From Pseudomonadales bacterium (lineage in GTDB: Bacteria; Patescibacteriota; Microgenomatia; UBA1400; PJMF01), in assembly GCA_020632265.1 (NCBI GenBank), contig JACKFW010000001.1:284981-335891 (forward strand): a stretch of 50,911 nt of DNA. Reading direction: 5' to 3'. Shown here one piece after another: positions 26,054-37,928 of this stretch (its first letter is position 1; every line of letters starts with the position of its first letter). Below the pieces are notes generated by a model. It saw nothing but the letters and a program-made list of their open reading frames with translations, ran no database searches and had not been told where the DNA came from. Position numbers and translations under genes: made by a program.

Positions 26054-26084
26054 TTTCACCCCGCATACTAAATGCGGGGTGAAA
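26054..26084 (-). terminator. Intrinsic terminator after tuf
   Basis: Perfect 13-bp stem TTTCACCCCGCAT / ATGCGGGGTGAAA with a 5-nt loop and a U-rich tail nearby on the minus strand. Confidence 0.85.
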
Positions 26085-26101
26085 TCAAATTCAAAAATCA
26101 A

Positions 26102-27298
26102 TTACTTAAGAATCTTAGTAATTGCACCTGCTCCAATTGTATGTCCGCCTTCTCTTATTGCAAAACGCAATCCTTCAGAAGCTGCGACTGGAACAATTAA
26201 TTTTACAATCATTTTTGCATCATCTCCAGGCATAACCATTTCAACACCATCAGGTAATTTAATTTCACCTGTAACGTCTGTGGTTCTGATATAGAACTGT
26301 GGTCTATAACCAGTGAAAAATGGCTTGTGTCGTCCACCTTCTTCTTTGGTTAAAATATAGACCTGTGCTTCAAATTCTGTGTGAACAGTTGTTGTTCCTG
26401 GTTTAGCTAGAACTTGACCTCTTTCAACATCATCTTTACCTACACCTCTTAAAAGAATTCCAACGTTATCACCTGCTTCACCTTGGTCAAGCATTTTTCG
26501 AAACATTTCAACACCAGTGACAGTTGATTTTCTAGTATCTTTAATACCAGCGATTTCAACATCTTCGCCGACTTTAATAATTCCAGATTCTATTCGTCCA
26601 GTAACAACTGTGCCTCTACCTTTGATAGAAAAAACATCTTCAACAGGCATTAAGAATGGTTTATCCAGATCTCTAATTGGATCAGGAATATATGAATCTA
26701 CAGATGCCATTAATTCCATAATTTTGTCTTGTTCTGCAGAATCACCTTCCAAAGCTTTGAGAGCTGAAACTCTATGAACAGGTACATCATCGCCATCAAA
26801 ACCATATTTTGTTAATAATTCTCTAACTTCCATTTCAACTAAGTCTAATAATTCAGCATCATCGACCATGTCACATTTATTTAATGCAACAACTAATTTT
26901 GGAACATTAACTTGTTTTGCCAATAGAATATGCTCCCTGGTTTGTGGCATAGGACCATCTGTAGCTGCAACAACTAAAATTGCACCATCCATTTGCGCAG
27001 CGCCTGTAATCATATTTTTAATATAGTCAGCATGTCCTGGAGCATCAATGTGAGCATAATGCCTCTTTGAAGTTTCATACTCAATGTGAGAAATATTAAT
27101 AGTAACACCACGAGCTGCCTCTTCTGGAGCGTTATCAATATCTAAATATCCCATTGCTTTATTAATACTACTTGGAAATTTTGATGCTAATGTTGTAGCA
27201 ATAGCTGCAGTAAGAGTTGTTTTACCATGATCAACATGACCAATTGTACCAATATTTACGTGCTTTTTGTCACGATTGAATTTTTTTGCATCTGCCAT
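26102..27298 (-). CDS. tuf: Elongation factor Tu
   Basis: [32 protein letters not shown]. Confidence 0.99.
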   Translation of the reverse strand: MADAKKFNRDKKHVNIGTIGHVDHGKTTLTAAIATTLASKFPSSINKAMGYLDIDNAPEEAARGVTINISHIEYETSKRHYAHIDAPGHADYIKNMITGAAQMDGAILVVAATDGPMPQTREHILLAKQVNVPKLVVALNKCDMVDDAELLDLVEMEVRELLTKYGFDGDDVPVHRVSALKALEGDSAEQDKIMELMASVDSYIPDPIRDLDKPFLMPVEDVFSIKGRGTVVTGRIESGIIKVGEDVEIAGIKDTRKSTVTGVEMFRKMLDQGEAGDNVGILLRGVGKDDVERGQVLAKPGTTTVHTEFEAQVYILTKEEGGRHKPFFTGYRPQFYIRTTDVTGEIKLPDGVEMVMPGDDAKMIVKLIVPVAASEGLRFAIREGGHTIGAGAITKILK

Positions 27299-27362
27299 AA
27301 GGCCTCCTAATATAATTTATCTAACTACTTATTTTCTAATACCAAGTCTAACATTGTAAACT

Positions 27363-27384
27363 TTCTCGAGCTAATTGTCGAGAA
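27363..27384 (-). terminator. Hairpin in the fusA-tuf spacer (weak terminator or processing site)
   Basis: Inverted repeat TTCTCGA..TCGAGAA about 20 nt after the fusA stop. Confidence 0.4.
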
Positions 27385-27403
27385 GTATTTTTCTTTTTAA
27401 CTT

Positions 27404-29533
27404 TTACCTTTCACCTGTTTTTCTCTCTGCAATTAACTTCTCAGTTATATTGCTTGGAACAATTTCATAATGACTTGGAAGCATCACTGACGAAGCTCTT
27501 CCTTTTGTCATACTTCTTAGAATTGTAACATAACCTTGCATCTCAGCTAAAGGTGAAAGTGCGGTAATAATTGTTGCAGTTCCTCTTGAAGTTGTACCCT
27601 GAATTTGAGCTCTTCTAGAACCTAAATCTCCAATCACGTCTCCCATATATTCATCAGGGGTTGAAACTTCAACTTTCATCACAGGTTCTAATAAAACCAT
27701 TCCTGCCTTTGCGGTAGCATTTCTCATGGCAAGCGAACCAGCCATTTTAAATGCAATTTCACTTGAATCAACATCATGATATGTACCGTCATAAAGTGTA
27801 ACCTTAATATCGGTCATTGGAAAGCCTGCTAAGAATCCACGCTCGAGTGATTCTTGAACACCTTTATCAGTTGGCTTAATGAATTCTCTTGGAACAGCTC
27901 CACCCTTAATATCATTGACAAACTCATATCCTGTGCCTCTATCCGTTGATTCTATTCTCAAGAAAACATGTCCATACTGACCTCTACCACCAGATTGTTT
28001 GATATATTTACCTTCTGCTTCTGCAGATTTGGTTATTGTCTCTCTATATGCAACCTGAGGTGTTCCAACATTTGCGCCAACGCCAAACTCCCTTTTCATA
28101 CGATCAACAATTATCTCTAGATGTAACTCGCCCATACCACCAATAATAGTTTGTCCTGTATCAGGATTTGATTTTATTGAAAAAGTTGGATCCTCTTCAC
28201 TTAATTTAGCAAGAGCTAAGCCCATTTTTTCTTGGTCAGATTTTGTTTTTGGTTCGATTGCTAAAGAAATAACTGGCTCTGCGAATGTAATTCCTTCCAA
28301 AACTATTGGGTTGGCATCATCACACAAAGTATTACCAGTTTTTGTATTTTTCAAACCAACAACCGCGACAATTTCTCCAGCCTTTGCCTCTTGAATTTCT
28401 TCTCTTTCATTAGCATGCATTAATAATAAGCGCCCAATTCTCTCTTTTTGTTTTGTGCTTGAGTTATAAATATAACTTCCTGCTTTTAATATTCCCGAAT
28501 ATACTCTAGTGTATGTAATTTTTCCAACATGAGGATCAGTTTGAATTTTAAATGCCAAAGCACAAAATCTTTCGTTTGGAATTAATTTTCTTGTTTCTTC
28601 TTCTTTAGTTTTTGGATTGATGCCGGTAATATGGTCGATATCTACTGGAGATGGAAGATAATCAACAACAGCATCGAGCATAGGTTGTACACCAGTGTTC
28701 TTTAATGAAGATCCTGCATAAACCGGAACTAGTTTGTACCCAATAACTGCTTTTCTAAGAGCTTTTTTCAAATCATTTAATGAAATTTCTTCTCCGTCAA
28801 AATATTTTTGAAGTAGGACATCGTCTGTTTCAGCAATTTGTTCAATTAAAGCAGATCTTAATTCTGCAACTTTTTCTTTATATTCTTCAGGAATAGCCAT
28901 TACTTCTGGTTCTGTATCTGCCGCATTATCTTTCCAAAATAATGCTTTTTGTTCTAAGATTTGAATAACTCCTCTAAAATCATTTTCTGCTCCCATTGGC
29001 AAAACCATAATCGCAGGATTAACTCCAAATTTTTCTTTAATATCCGTCACAGTTGCGAAAAAATCTGCTCCTAATTTGTCCATTTTATTTATAAAACAAA
29101 TTCTTGGAATATTATACTTATCTGCTTGTCTCCAGACTGTTTCTGATTGAGATTGAACTCCTTCACTTGCATCTAAAACAGTAATACCACCATCTAGAAC
29201 ACGTAAAGATCTTTCTACTTCTGCAGTAAAATCAACGTGACCCGGTGTATCAATAATATTAAACCTATAAAGTGCTTTTTCTAAATGAACTTCGAAATGA
29301 GGCTTCCAAAAACAAGTTGTTGCGGCTGACACAATTGTAATGCCTCTTTCTTGTTCTTGTTCCATCCAATCCATTGTGGCTGCACCTTCATGAACTTCTC
29401 CGATTTTATATGTTCTTCCAGTAAAATATAGAATTCTTTCTGAAGTAGTGGTTTTACCTGCGTCAATATGAGCAATAATTCCAATATTTCTAATTCTTTC
29501 TAATGGAACTTTTTGTGAATTTATATCAGCCAT
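27404..29533 (-). CDS. fusA: Elongation factor G
   Basis: [42 protein letters not shown]. Confidence 0.99.
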   Translation of the reverse strand: MADINSQKVPLERIRNIGIIAHIDAGKTTTSERILYFTGRTYKIGEVHEGAATMDWMEQEQERGITIVSAATTCFWKPHFEVHLEKALYRFNIIDTPGHVDFTAEVERSLRVLDGGITVLDASEGVQSQSETVWRQADKYNIPRICFINKMDKLGADFFATVTDIKEKFGVNPAIMVLPMGAENDFRGVIQILEQKALFWKDNAADTEPEVMAIPEEYKEKVAELRSALIEQIAETDDVLLQKYFDGEEISLNDLKKALRKAVIGYKLVPVYAGSSLKNTGVQPMLDAVVDYLPSPVDIDHITGINPKTKEEETRKLIPNERFCALAFKIQTDPHVGKITYTRVYSGILKAGSYIYNSSTKQKERIGRLLLMHANEREEIQEAKAGEIVAVVGLKNTKTGNTLCDDANPIVLEGITFAEPVISLAIEPKTKSDQEKMGLALAKLSEEDPTFSIKSNPDTGQTIIGGMGELHLEIIVDRMKREFGVGANVGTPQVAYRETITKSAEAEGKYIKQSGGRGQYGHVFLRIESTDRGTGYEFVNDIKGGAVPREFIKPTDKGVQESLERGFLAGFPMTDIKVTLYDGTYHDVDSSEIAFKMAGSLAMRNATAKAGMVLLEPVMKVEVSTPDEYMGDVIGDLGSRRAQIQGTTSRGTATIITALSPLAEMQGYVTILRSMTKGRASSVMLPSHYEIVPSNITEKLIAERKTGER

Positions 29534-29564
29534 ATTTTCTCACTTACTTTATAAATATATATTA

Positions 29565-30041
29565 TTACCATCTGAAATGAGCAAATGCTTTATTAGCATC
29601 AGCCATTCGATGAGATGTATTTTTCTTATTAATTGAACCACCCGAGCCTTGAAGAGAATCAAGCATTTCTGCCACCAATTTTTCTGCAAATGTATGAAAT
29701 TGTTTATTAGGTCTTTTGTTTGCTGATTCTACTAACGCTCTTAATGCCAATGAAAAACCTCTTGTAGATCTAACTGGCATAGGCACTTGATAAGAAGCAC
29801 CTCCAACACGTCGCGACCTTACTTCCATCTGAGGAGTAACAGCTTTAATAACATCTTCAAAAGCCTCAATTGGCTTTTTGCCTGTTTTAGCTGCTAATTG
29901 TTCTAAAGCAGCATAAACTTGTTTTTGAGCAACGGATTTTTTACCATCACGCATAACATAGTTAATTAGTTTTGCAATTCTAATAGAATTGTATTTCCCA
30001 TCTGGGCGAATTTCTCTAACTGGAGCTTTTTTAGTTCTCAT
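29565..30041 (-). CDS. rpsG: 30S ribosomal protein S7
   Basis: MRDGKKSVAQK, EVRSRRVGGASYQVP, HRMADANKAFAHFRW. Probable start is ATG 30041. Confidence 0.98.
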   Translation of the reverse strand: MRTKKAPVREIRPDGKYNSIRIAKLINYVMRDGKKSVAQKQVYAALEQLAAKTGKKPIEAFEDVIKAVTPQMEVRSRRVGGASYQVPMPVRSTRGFSLALRALVESANKRPNKQFHTFAEKLVAEMLDSLQGSGGSINKKNTSHRMADANKAFAHFRW

Positions 30042-30095
30042 GATAATTTCTTCTCTGCTAATTATTAGCAAATACTTTCATTTATTCTTATACTA

Positions 30096-30509
30096 TTATA
30101 CGACTTTCTTTACACCATATTTACTTCTTGAAGTTTTTCTACCTTCGACTCCGGTAGCATCGTACTTACCTCTAATGACGTGATACTTAACACCAGGTAA
30201 ATCTTTAACTCTTCCACCTCTGACCAAAACAATGCTATGTTCTGCCAAAGAATGACCCTCACCCATAATGTAAGCGGTAACTTCCATTTTATTTGAGAGT
30301 CGAACACGAGCAACTTTACGAAGGGCCGAATTAGGTTTCTTTGGAGTCATGGTTTTGACTACAGTACAAACTCCACGTTTCTGTGGATTAGTTGTTTGAA
30401 CTTGTTTACCAGTATTAGAATTATAGCTCCTGCGTAAAGCGGTTGCTTTAATCTTCTTTGGCTTGTCTTTACGACCACCTTTTCTAATTAACTGATTAAT
30501 TGTAGGCAT
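30096..30509 (-). CDS. rpsL: 30S ribosomal protein S12
   Basis: MPTINQL start at 30509, [26 protein letters not shown]. The track start at 30584 is an over-extension. Confidence 0.99.
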   Translation of the reverse strand: MPTINQLIRKGGRKDKPKKIKATALRRSYNSNTGKQVQTTNPQKRGVCTVVKTMTPKKPNSALRKVARVRLSNKMEVTAYIMGEGHSLAEHSIVLVRGGRVKDLPGVKYHVIRGKYDATGVEGRKTSRSKYGVKKVV

Positions 30510-30563
30510 ATTCAAAATACTTTCTTTAATTTTCTTGACTTCAATAAAATTACATGAGTAGAG

Positions 30564-30572
30564 ATTATAACA
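30564..30572 (-). promoter_or_regulatory. Putative extended -10 promoter of rpsL
   Basis: TGTTATAAT on the minus strand in the rpoC-rpsL spacer. Confidence 0.55.
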
Positions 30573-30591
30573 TAAAAATGTCAATTATTCT

Positions 30592-33500
30592 CTAAATCTC
30601 AATACTTGCTCTTTCTTTACTAGTTGGAATCAATCTTCCAATGATCACATTTTCTTTCAATCCATCAAGATAATCAATCTTACCAGCAGAAGCTGCATCT
30701 GTAAGAACATTCTTAGTGTGTTGGAAAGAAGCTGCTGATAACCAAGAAGCTGTAAATAATGATGATCTTGTAATACCCAAGAAAAGAACAACCGCTGTTG
30801 CTGGTTCACCACCGGCAGCCATAGTTTCATCATTTTCCTCAATAAACTTCGTCTTTTCAACTATTTCACCGGTCAAGAAATCCGTATCTCCAACTGATTC
30901 AATTCGAAGTTTATCACACATCTTCCTAATAATTGTTTCAAAATGTTTATCATGAATAGGAATTCCTTGGGATTCATAAACAGCTTGAACTTGATCAATT
31001 GTATATAATTGAGCAAACAATAAACCTTTAACAAGAACCAATTCTTTAACATTTACTGATCCAGCAGTTAGCTGTTGACCAACATGAACTAAGTCACCAT
31101 CTTTTACTAATACTTCAGAATTTGCTGTAAGTTTATATTCAACTTCTTCTGAAGGAGAGGATGAAGTTCTAACTGTAACAATAATTTCTTTTTCACCTTC
31201 TTCAATTGAAACTTTTCCAGCAACTTCGCTAATAATTGCTTGATTCTTTGGATTTCTGGCTTCAAGTAGTTCTTCAACACGAGGCAAACCCTGGGTCACA
31301 TCTTGACCAACAATTCCACCACTATGCTTGGTTCTCATAGTAAGCTGTGTTCCTGGTTCTCCAATAGACTGTGCAGCAACTATTCCTACCGGAACACCCA
31401 ACTCAATCATCTTTGAAGTTGAAAAATCAATTCCATAACATTTAGCACATAAACCTTTAACAGATTCGCAAACTAAAGGAGATCTCACATCTGCGCTTAT
31501 CAAACCTGCCTCAACTAATTGAATTGCACTTTCCAAGTTAAGTAGAGTTCCTTTTTCAGCAACAACTTTTTTGTTGATAATAAGGTCATTAGCTAAAATT
31601 CTACCAGCAATTCTTGTTGCAAAAACATCAGCTCTAGTTTGGTTAGTGATCGTAATGAATTGATCTGTTCCGCAATCTTCCATTCTGATAATTGCATCAT
31701 GAGAAACATCACACAAACGACGTGTTAAGTAACCGGCATCGGCTGTTTTAATTGCTGAATCAGTTAATCCTTTACGAGATCCTCTTGCAGAAGTTACGTA
31801 TTCAAAAATTGTTAAACCTTCTCTAAAGTTTGATTTTGTAGGCATTTCCACGATGTTTCCATTTGGATCAACAACCAAACCACGCATTGCAGCTAATTGT
31901 TTCACTTGATCTTTTGAAGCACGTGTTCCACCTGATTCAATCATGATCTTGACAGCATTATCCTCAGAATAAGTATTCCAAGTTTTTTCCGCAATATCTT
32001 CGGTTGTATCAATCCAAACATCAAAAGAAAGTCTTTTTCTTTCTTCTAAGGAAATCATACCCTCATTAAATTGATCTTGAATTTCCTCAACTTTCTTATT
32101 TGCAGCCTTAATAATGATATTTTTGTCCTCAATCATTTCACAGTCACTTACTGAAACTGAAATTCCAGATATTGTAGCAGCTGCAAATCCTAAATTCTTA
32201 ATATCATCAATTAACTTGGTAATGCGATCTTTCTCCAAACTTTTGATTGCTTTTGTAACCAATTGTTTGATCTTTTTTGCACCCACACTTTCATTCATAA
32301 AACCAAATTCTTCTGGAAGCAAATCATTAAACTGAAGTCTGCCAACAGTTGTTTCAACAATTGAATTTTCACCACCAAAAGTTATTCTAACTTTTATTAA
32401 TTGTCTCAAACCAAGTCTTTTAACTTGATAAGCATGATAAGCCTCATCTTTTGAAGCAAATATTCCTGGATATAAATCTAATTTATTATCCACAACAGTA
32501 TGATAATAAACACCCATAGCCATTTCTTTGTTAGGAATGGTAATAGGTTCTCCATTTGCAGGTTTCAAAAGATTGTTTGTTGCCATTAATAAATCAATAG
32601 CTTCCTGCTGTGCTTTTTTAGTTAATGGAACATGTACCGCCATTTGATCGCCATCAAAATCGGCATTGTATCCTGAACATACGCAAGGATGCAATCTAAT
32701 AGCATTACCCTCAATTAAGATAGGATAAAATGCCTGCATACCAAGCTTATGAAGAGTTGGTGCACGATTCAAAATAACTGGATGATTTTTGGTAACTTCT
32801 TCCAAGATATCGTATACTTCTGGCTCATGTCGCTCAATCAAGTGTTTAGCACTTTTTACATTAGGAGCAATTCCGTTTACAATCAATTCTCTTAAAACAT
32901 ATGGCTTAAACATTTCTAGAGCCATATCTTTTGGCAAACCACATTCATTAAGTTTTAATTCTGGACCAACAACAATTACTGAACGTCCTGAATAATCTAC
33001 ACGTTTACCCAAAAGATTCTGTCGAAAACGACCTTGTTTTCCTTTCAGCATTTCTGATAAAGATTTTAGAGGTCTTCTTGTTTGTCTTCTTCTCGTTTGA
33101 CGTGCACTCGAACCATCAATCAATGAGTCAACTGCTTCCTGAAGCATTCTTTTCTCATTTCTCAAAATAATTTCAGGAGCACCTAAATCAATCAGATGTT
33201 TAAGACGATTATTTCTATTGATGACTCTTCTATATAAATCATTAAGATCGGAAGTAGCGAATCTACCACCAGAAAGTTGAACCATAGGTCTTAGATCTGG
33301 AGGAATGACAGGTAAAATGGTCATAAACATCCAAGATGGTTTGATCTTAGCTTTTCTAAGTCCTTCAGCCACTCTCAAACGTTTGATAGCTTTCAGAAGT
33401 TTTGCACCTTTTGACTCAAGAATTTCTTCTCTCAATTTCACAACCAATTTATCTAAATCAATTGCAGTTGCTAATTCCAAAATACTTTCTGCACCCATGC

Positions 33501-34287
33501 CTACTCTTAAATGAGATGCTGCATTATATTCATCAAGCTTCAAATATTCGTCTTCGGTCAAAATAGTACCTCTGGTAATTTTTTTAACCATTTGCTTGAT
33601 TGTTTTGAAAATTTCTTCAGTTTGATCTAATTTGACTTCTAATTGTTTCTTTAAAGAAATTAATTTATTTTTTGCTTTTAAATCAATTTCAGCAAGTTTA
33701 AGTTGTAAGGTTTCTTTATTGGTAACTTTCTCTTTAAGATTAGCTTTTTCTTCAATTAATGTTGTCTGAACAGCCTCCATTTCAATCTTAATATTTTCCT
33801 TCAACTCATCCTGTGCTGCAACTAAATCAACACTTAATCTGTCAGATACTTCTGTTTTTTCATCGCTATCAATTTCCAAAACTAAATATTTAGAAAAATA
33901 AATAATTGAACTTAAATTTCTTGGAGAAATATCTAGTAATAACGATAACTTTGAAGGAGCTCCTTTAAAGAACCAAATATGACAAACTGGAGAAGCTAAA
34001 GTTATGTGAGCCATTCTCTCACGTCTAACTTTAGATTGTGTTACTTCAACACCACATTTGTCACAAACTATTCCTTTATATCTTATTCTTTTATATTTTC
34101 CACAATAACATTCATAATCTTTGATAGGTCCAAAAATCTTTTCATCAAATAAGCCATCTTTTTCAGCCTTAAGTGAACGATAATTGATTGTCTCTGGTTT
34201 CTTAACTTCGCCATGTGACCAAGATTTAATTGTATCTGGCGAAGCAATTCTAATTTCTAGAGCAGAGAAGTTAATAATATTTTTCAT
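30592..34287 (-). CDS. rpoC: RNA polymerase beta' subunit
   Basis: KPETINYR, zinc-binding [15 protein letters not shown], catalytic [24 protein letters not shown]. Confidence 0.99.
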   Translation of the reverse strand: MKNIINFSALEIRIASPDTIKSWSHGEVKKPETINYRSLKAEKDGLFDEKIFGPIKDYECYCGKYKRIRYKGIVCDKCGVEVTQSKVRRERMAHITLASPVCHIWFFKGAPSKLSLLLDISPRNLSSIIYFSKYLVLEIDSDEKTEVSDRLSVDLVAAQDELKENIKIEMEAVQTTLIEEKANLKEKVTNKETLQLKLAEIDLKAKNKLISLKKQLEVKLDQTEEIFKTIKQMVKKITRGTILTEDEYLKLDEYNAASHLRVGMGAESILELATAIDLDKLVVKLREEILESKGAKLLKAIKRLRVAEGLRKAKIKPSWMFMTILPVIPPDLRPMVQLSGGRFATSDLNDLYRRVINRNNRLKHLIDLGAPEIILRNEKRMLQEAVDSLIDGSSARQTRRRQTRRPLKSLSEMLKGKQGRFRQNLLGKRVDYSGRSVIVVGPELKLNECGLPKDMALEMFKPYVLRELIVNGIAPNVKSAKHLIERHEPEVYDILEEVTKNHPVILNRAPTLHKLGMQAFYPILIEGNAIRLHPCVCSGYNADFDGDQMAVHVPLTKKAQQEAIDLLMATNNLLKPANGEPITIPNKEMAMGVYYHTVVDNKLDLYPGIFASKDEAYHAYQVKRLGLRQLIKVRITFGGENSIVETTVGRLQFNDLLPEEFGFMNESVGAKKIKQLVTKAIKSLEKDRITKLIDDIKNLGFAAATISGISVSVSDCEMIEDKNIIIKAANKKVEEIQDQFNEGMISLEERKRLSFDVWIDTTEDIAEKTWNTYSEDNAVKIMIESGGTRASKDQVKQLAAMRGLVVDPNGNIVEMPTKSNFREGLTIFEYVTSARGSRKGLTDSAIKTADAGYLTRRLCDVSHDAIIRMEDCGTDQFITITNQTRADVFATRIAGRILANDLIINKKVVAEKGTLLNLESAIQLVEAGLISADVRSPLVCESVKGLCAKCYGIDFSTSKMIELGVPVGIVAAQSIGEPGTQLTMRTKHSGGIVGQDVTQGLPRVEELLEARNPKNQAIISEVAGKVSIEEGEKEIIVTVRTSSSPSEEVEYKLTANSEVLVKDGDLVHVGQQLTAGSVNVKELVLVKGLLFAQLYTIDQVQAVYESQGIPIHDKHFETIIRKMCDKLRIESVGDTDFLTGEIVEKTKFIEENDETMAAGGEPATAVVLFLGITRSSLFTASWLSAASFQHTKNVLTDAASAGKIDYLDGLKENVIIGRLIPTSKERASIEI

Positions 34288-34332
34288 AAAATCCTTTGGT
34301 TTGTCTATTACTTATCCTTGATTCATTAACTA

Positions 34333-37300
34333 TTACTCTTCGATTTTATTAATTTCTTCTTCAGAAATATCTAAATCACCAATTTCATCTTCAACATCAT
34401 CAATTTCAACTTCTAACATCTCATCATCATCTTCCATGTTTGAATCAACTTCGATATCTGTATCAATCTCAGCTTCAACTGCGCTTTGATCTACTTCAGC
34501 TACATCTTCAGGCTCAATATTAATACCTGGAGATACTTCTTCTAAAACAATTTCCTCTTCTTCAATTACTTCATGAGGAACAACATCAATGCCAAGTGAA
34601 TTCAACTCTCGCATTAAAACTCTAAAAGATTCTGGAACAGTTGGTTCTGGAATATCTAAACCTTTAACAATAGATTCAAATGCTTTAGCTCTACCCATAA
34701 CATCATCAGATTTTATGGTTAACATTTCCTGTAATGTATGAGCGGCCTTATGTGCTTCAAGTGCCCAGACTTCCATTTCTCCAAGACGCTGTCCACCCAT
34801 TTGAGCTTTACCACCCAAAGGTTGTTGCGTAACTAAAGAATAAGGACCGGTTGATCTAGCATGCATCTTATCTTCAACCATGTGAGACAGTTTTAGAATA
34901 TATCCAATTCCAACTGTAGTTGTTTCACTAAATGGTTCACCTGTTCTACCGTCAATAAGCTGAGCTTTACCTGTTACAGGTAAACCAGCTCTTTCCAATT
35001 CCTGCCAAATTTTCTTTTCATCAAAACGCTCAAATGCTGGAATTGCGATTTTATAACCCAATTTCTGAGCAGCCCAACCAGCATGTGACTCAAGCAACTG
35101 ACCTAAATTCATACGAGCCAAAACTGAAAGCGGTGAGATAATAATATCCACTGGTGTGCCATCTTCTGTGTGTGGCATATCTTCAATAGGAACTATTTTT
35201 GAGATAACACCTTTATTTCCATGTCGACCAGCTAATTTATCACCAACAGTAATTTTTCTAATTTGTGCAACTTTAACAACAACTTCTTTTAAAGTTCCCG
35301 GGTCAAGCTCATCACCCAATTCGCTATCTAAAACAGCCACATCAATGACAGTTCCAGATTGACCATGAGGAATTCTTAAAGATGTATCTCTAACTTCTCT
35401 GGATTTTTCACCAAAAATTGCTCTAAGCAATCTTTCTTCTGGCGATAACTCAGTTTCACCTTTTGGAGCAATTTTACCGACTAAAATATCTCCCGATCCA
35501 ACGATACTTCCAACTCGAATAATACCGTCTAAAGTTAAGTTACTTAAATATATTTCAGATACATTTGGAATATCGTTAGTTAGTTCCTCAGCGCCAAGTT
35601 TTGTATCCATCACTTTTGCTTTGAACTCATTAATTTGGACTGATGTAAGTACATCTTCTTTAACTAATCTATCAGAAATAACAATAGCGTCTTCGTATCC
35701 CAAGCCTTCAAAAGAAGCGTATGCAATTACTAAATTGCTGCCAAGCGCTAATTCACCACCATCTGCTGCCGGTCCATCAATTATGATATCACCTGCATTA
35801 ATTTTATCTCCAATATTTACAATTGGTTTTTGTGAATAACAAGTGCTTTGTGAAGTTCTAACAAATTTTGTAATGGTATAAATATCTTTTCCGTCTGAAT
35901 GAGTATAGAGTTCATCAAAGTTTTCACTTTGTTTACTTGCCAACTTTGCATCAGTTTTTGATAAAGTTACCTCAATTTTATCTGCATCAACATAAGTCAC
36001 TTCTCCACCATTGAAAGCCTTGACGGTTCTTCCCATAGCAGTTGCAACTGCAGATTCCATTCCTGTTCCAACAATTGGGGCTTGTGGTTTTACCAAAGGA
36101 ACTGCTTGACATTGCATATGAGTGCCCATAAGTGCACGATTTGCTTCGTCATTAGCAATAAAAGGAATCAATGATGCTGAAGTACCAACCACCTGGTTAG
36201 GAATAACATCAATATATTGTGCTTCTTCAACTGGACCTTCTGTAAAAGTATTCATGTGACGTATAGCAACCCACTCGTCTTGAATAATACCCTTATCATT
36301 AATATTTATACTTGCATGAGTAATTTTATAATCTTCTTCTTCATCGGCAGATAAATAAGTGATCGAATTCTCAACTTTCATTTTTCCACCAACATTATTA
36401 ATTTTTCTATATGGAGCTTCTAAAAATCCAAAATCATTAACATGTGCGTATAAAGAAAGATAAGTAACTAAACCAATATTTGGACCTTCAGGAGATCTAA
36501 CTGGATCAATACGTGAATATTGAGATGCGTTGATATCACGCATTGAGAATGATGCACGTTCTCTAGTAACACCTCCCGTACCCATAACTGATAAACGTCT
36601 TAAGTTATCAATTTCTGATAAAGGATTGGTTTGATCCAATATTGTTGATAATCTGTTTCTTCTAAAAAATTCTGAAATAGTTGCAATAAGTGGTCTTGCA
36701 TTTACTAATGCTGAAGGAGTCAATATCTCTTCAGTCTTTGTTAATGACATTTTTTCACGAATTGATTTTTCTAATCTGATCAATCCAATTCTGAAGGCTG
36801 ATTCTTTAACCAACTCGCCAATTTGGCGTACTCTGCGGTTACTAAGATGATCAATATCATCAACCTTACCCTGACCATTTTGAAGTTTGATTAAATATTT
36901 TACAGTTGCAACAATATCTTCTTTTGTTAAAACCACTGTATCTTTATCAACATTTACACCCAATCTTCGATTGAGTTTGTATCTACCAACACCTGCTAAA
37001 TCATATCTCCTTGAATCAAAAAATAATTGTTTTAAGTATTCTCTTGAAGTTTCTAAAACAGCAGGCTCTCCTGGTCTCATTTTTTCATAAATTTCAATTA
37101 ATGCTTCCTCTTGAGTTTTTGTAGCATCCTTATCAATGGTTCTTTGAACTAAATCAAGTTCATCGATAGCAATCTCGTTTTTGAATAATTTTAAAATTTC
37201 CTCGTCAGTTCCATAACCTAATGCTCTAAGTAAAACTGTGACTGGCATTTTACGTCTACGGTCGATTTTGACAGTTATTACATCTCTTTTTCCTACCGAA

Positions 37301-37806
37301 ACCTCAATCCAAGAGCCTCTTTTTGGTCTAAGTTCTGCGTTAAATAATTGTCTACCTTGAGATCTTTCGATATCACCACTGAAAAATACCCCAGGAGATC
37401 TTACTAATTGAGTAACAACTGCGCGTTCAATACCATTAATAATAAAGGTACCAATTTTAGTCATTTTAGGAATATCACCTAAAAATACTTCTTGGGTTTT
37501 TTCTTCACCAGTTCGTTTATTAAATAAAGTTGCCTCTACATAGAGAGGCATATCGAAAGTTACTCCTTTATTTTTTGCTTGGGTAACTGTGTATTTTGAT
37601 TTTCCAAACCTGTATTCTCCAAATTTTAGCGTCCAATTCTTACCCGTGTAATCTTCTATTCCTTTTTCTGAATTAACTTCATTCAATGATTGTCTAATTC
37701 CAGTTTCCAAAAAAATCTTGTAACTATCTTTTTGTAACTTTATCAAATCTAATTCTGGAAGAATTGAATGTGTTTGACCCCAATTTTGACGCTTAATTTG
37801 TGACAT
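34333..37806 (-). CDS. rpoB: RNA polymerase beta subunit with acidic C-terminal tail
   Basis: GTFIINGIERAVVTQLVRSPG, PEGPNIGL, GDKLAGRHGNKG, GGQRLGEMEVWALEA. SD AAGGAG 4 nt before ATG 37806 favours this start over TTG 37842. Confidence 0.99.
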   Translation of the reverse strand: MSQIKRQNWGQTHSILPELDLIKLQKDSYKIFLETGIRQSLNEVNSEKGIEDYTGKNWTLKFGEYRFGKSKYTVTQAKNKGVTFDMPLYVEATLFNKRTGEEKTQEVFLGDIPKMTKIGTFIINGIERAVVTQLVRSPGVFFSGDIERSQGRQLFNAELRPKRGSWIEVSVGKRDVITVKIDRRRKMPVTVLLRALGYGTDEEILKLFKNEIAIDELDLVQRTIDKDATKTQEEALIEIYEKMRPGEPAVLETSREYLKQLFFDSRRYDLAGVGRYKLNRRLGVNVDKDTVVLTKEDIVATVKYLIKLQNGQGKVDDIDHLSNRRVRQIGELVKESAFRIGLIRLEKSIREKMSLTKTEEILTPSALVNARPLIATISEFFRRNRLSTILDQTNPLSEIDNLRRLSVMGTGGVTRERASFSMRDINASQYSRIDPVRSPEGPNIGLVTYLSLYAHVNDFGFLEAPYRKINNVGGKMKVENSITYLSADEEEDYKITHASININDKGIIQDEWVAIRHMNTFTEGPVEEAQYIDVIPNQVVGTSASLIPFIANDEANRALMGTHMQCQAVPLVKPQAPIVGTGMESAVATAMGRTVKAFNGGEVTYVDADKIEVTLSKTDAKLASKQSENFDELYTHSDGKDIYTITKFVRTSQSTCYSQKPIVNIGDKINAGDIIIDGPAADGGELALGSNLVIAYASFEGLGYEDAIVISDRLVKEDVLTSVQINEFKAKVMDTKLGAEELTNDIPNVSEIYLSNLTLDGIIRVGSIVGSGDILVGKIAPKGETELSPEERLLRAIFGEKSREVRDTSLRIPHGQSGTVIDVAVLDSELGDELDPGTLKEVVVKVAQIRKITVGDKLAGRHGNKGVISKIVPIEDMPHTEDGTPVDIIISPLSVLARMNLGQLLESHAGWAAQKLGYKIAIPAFERFDEKKIWQELERAGLPVTGKAQLIDGRTGEPFSETTTVGIGYILKLSHMVEDKMHARSTGPYSLVTQQPLGGKAQMGGQRLGEMEVWALEAHKAAHTLQEMLTIKSDDVMGRAKAFESIVKGLDIPEPTVPESFRVLMRELNSLGIDVVPHEVIEEEEIVLEEVSPGINIEPEDVAEVDQSAVEAEIDTDIEVDSNMEDDDEMLEVEIDDVEDEIGDLDISEEEINKIEE

Positions 37807-37894
37807 GAAGCTCCTTGCTATTTGCTTTTTTCCAACGATCAAAAGCTATCTATAATTTTTTATGTAATCAGACTAATATCAGATCAACAGCACT

Positions 37895-37928
37895 AAAAAA
37901 TGGAGAGCTTTACAAAAGTCACTCTCCC
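37895..37928 (-). terminator. Terminator-like hairpin in the rpoB leader (candidate attenuator)
   Basis: mRNA sense GGAGAG..CUUU-UGU-AAAG-CUCUCC followed by AUUUUUU. Confidence 0.5.

Noticed and set aside
30200-30400. Streptomycin-resistance alleles in rpsL
   Set aside because: The TPKKPNSA and RVKDLPG motifs are wild type.
30510-30584. N-terminal extensions on S12 (also S7, RpoB, HU, VanZ-like, YtxH-like, last permease) given by the ORF track
   Set aside because: Conserved N-termini, SD positions or overlap with upstream genes point to downstream starts; the S12 'extension' covers its own promoter.
8646-37090. Numerous plus-strand and alternative-frame ORFs over ribosomal, tuf, fusA and rpo genes (e.g. 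9503-9988, 10035-10463, 16887-17318, 23693-24103, 25078-25458)
   Set aside because: Shadow ORFs of conserved genes, expected from codon bias; no independent motifs.
26102-37806. Inteins or introns in tuf, fusA, rpoC or rpoB
   Set aside because: The reading frames are continuous, lengths are normal or short, and no splicing or homing-endonuclease motifs were seen.
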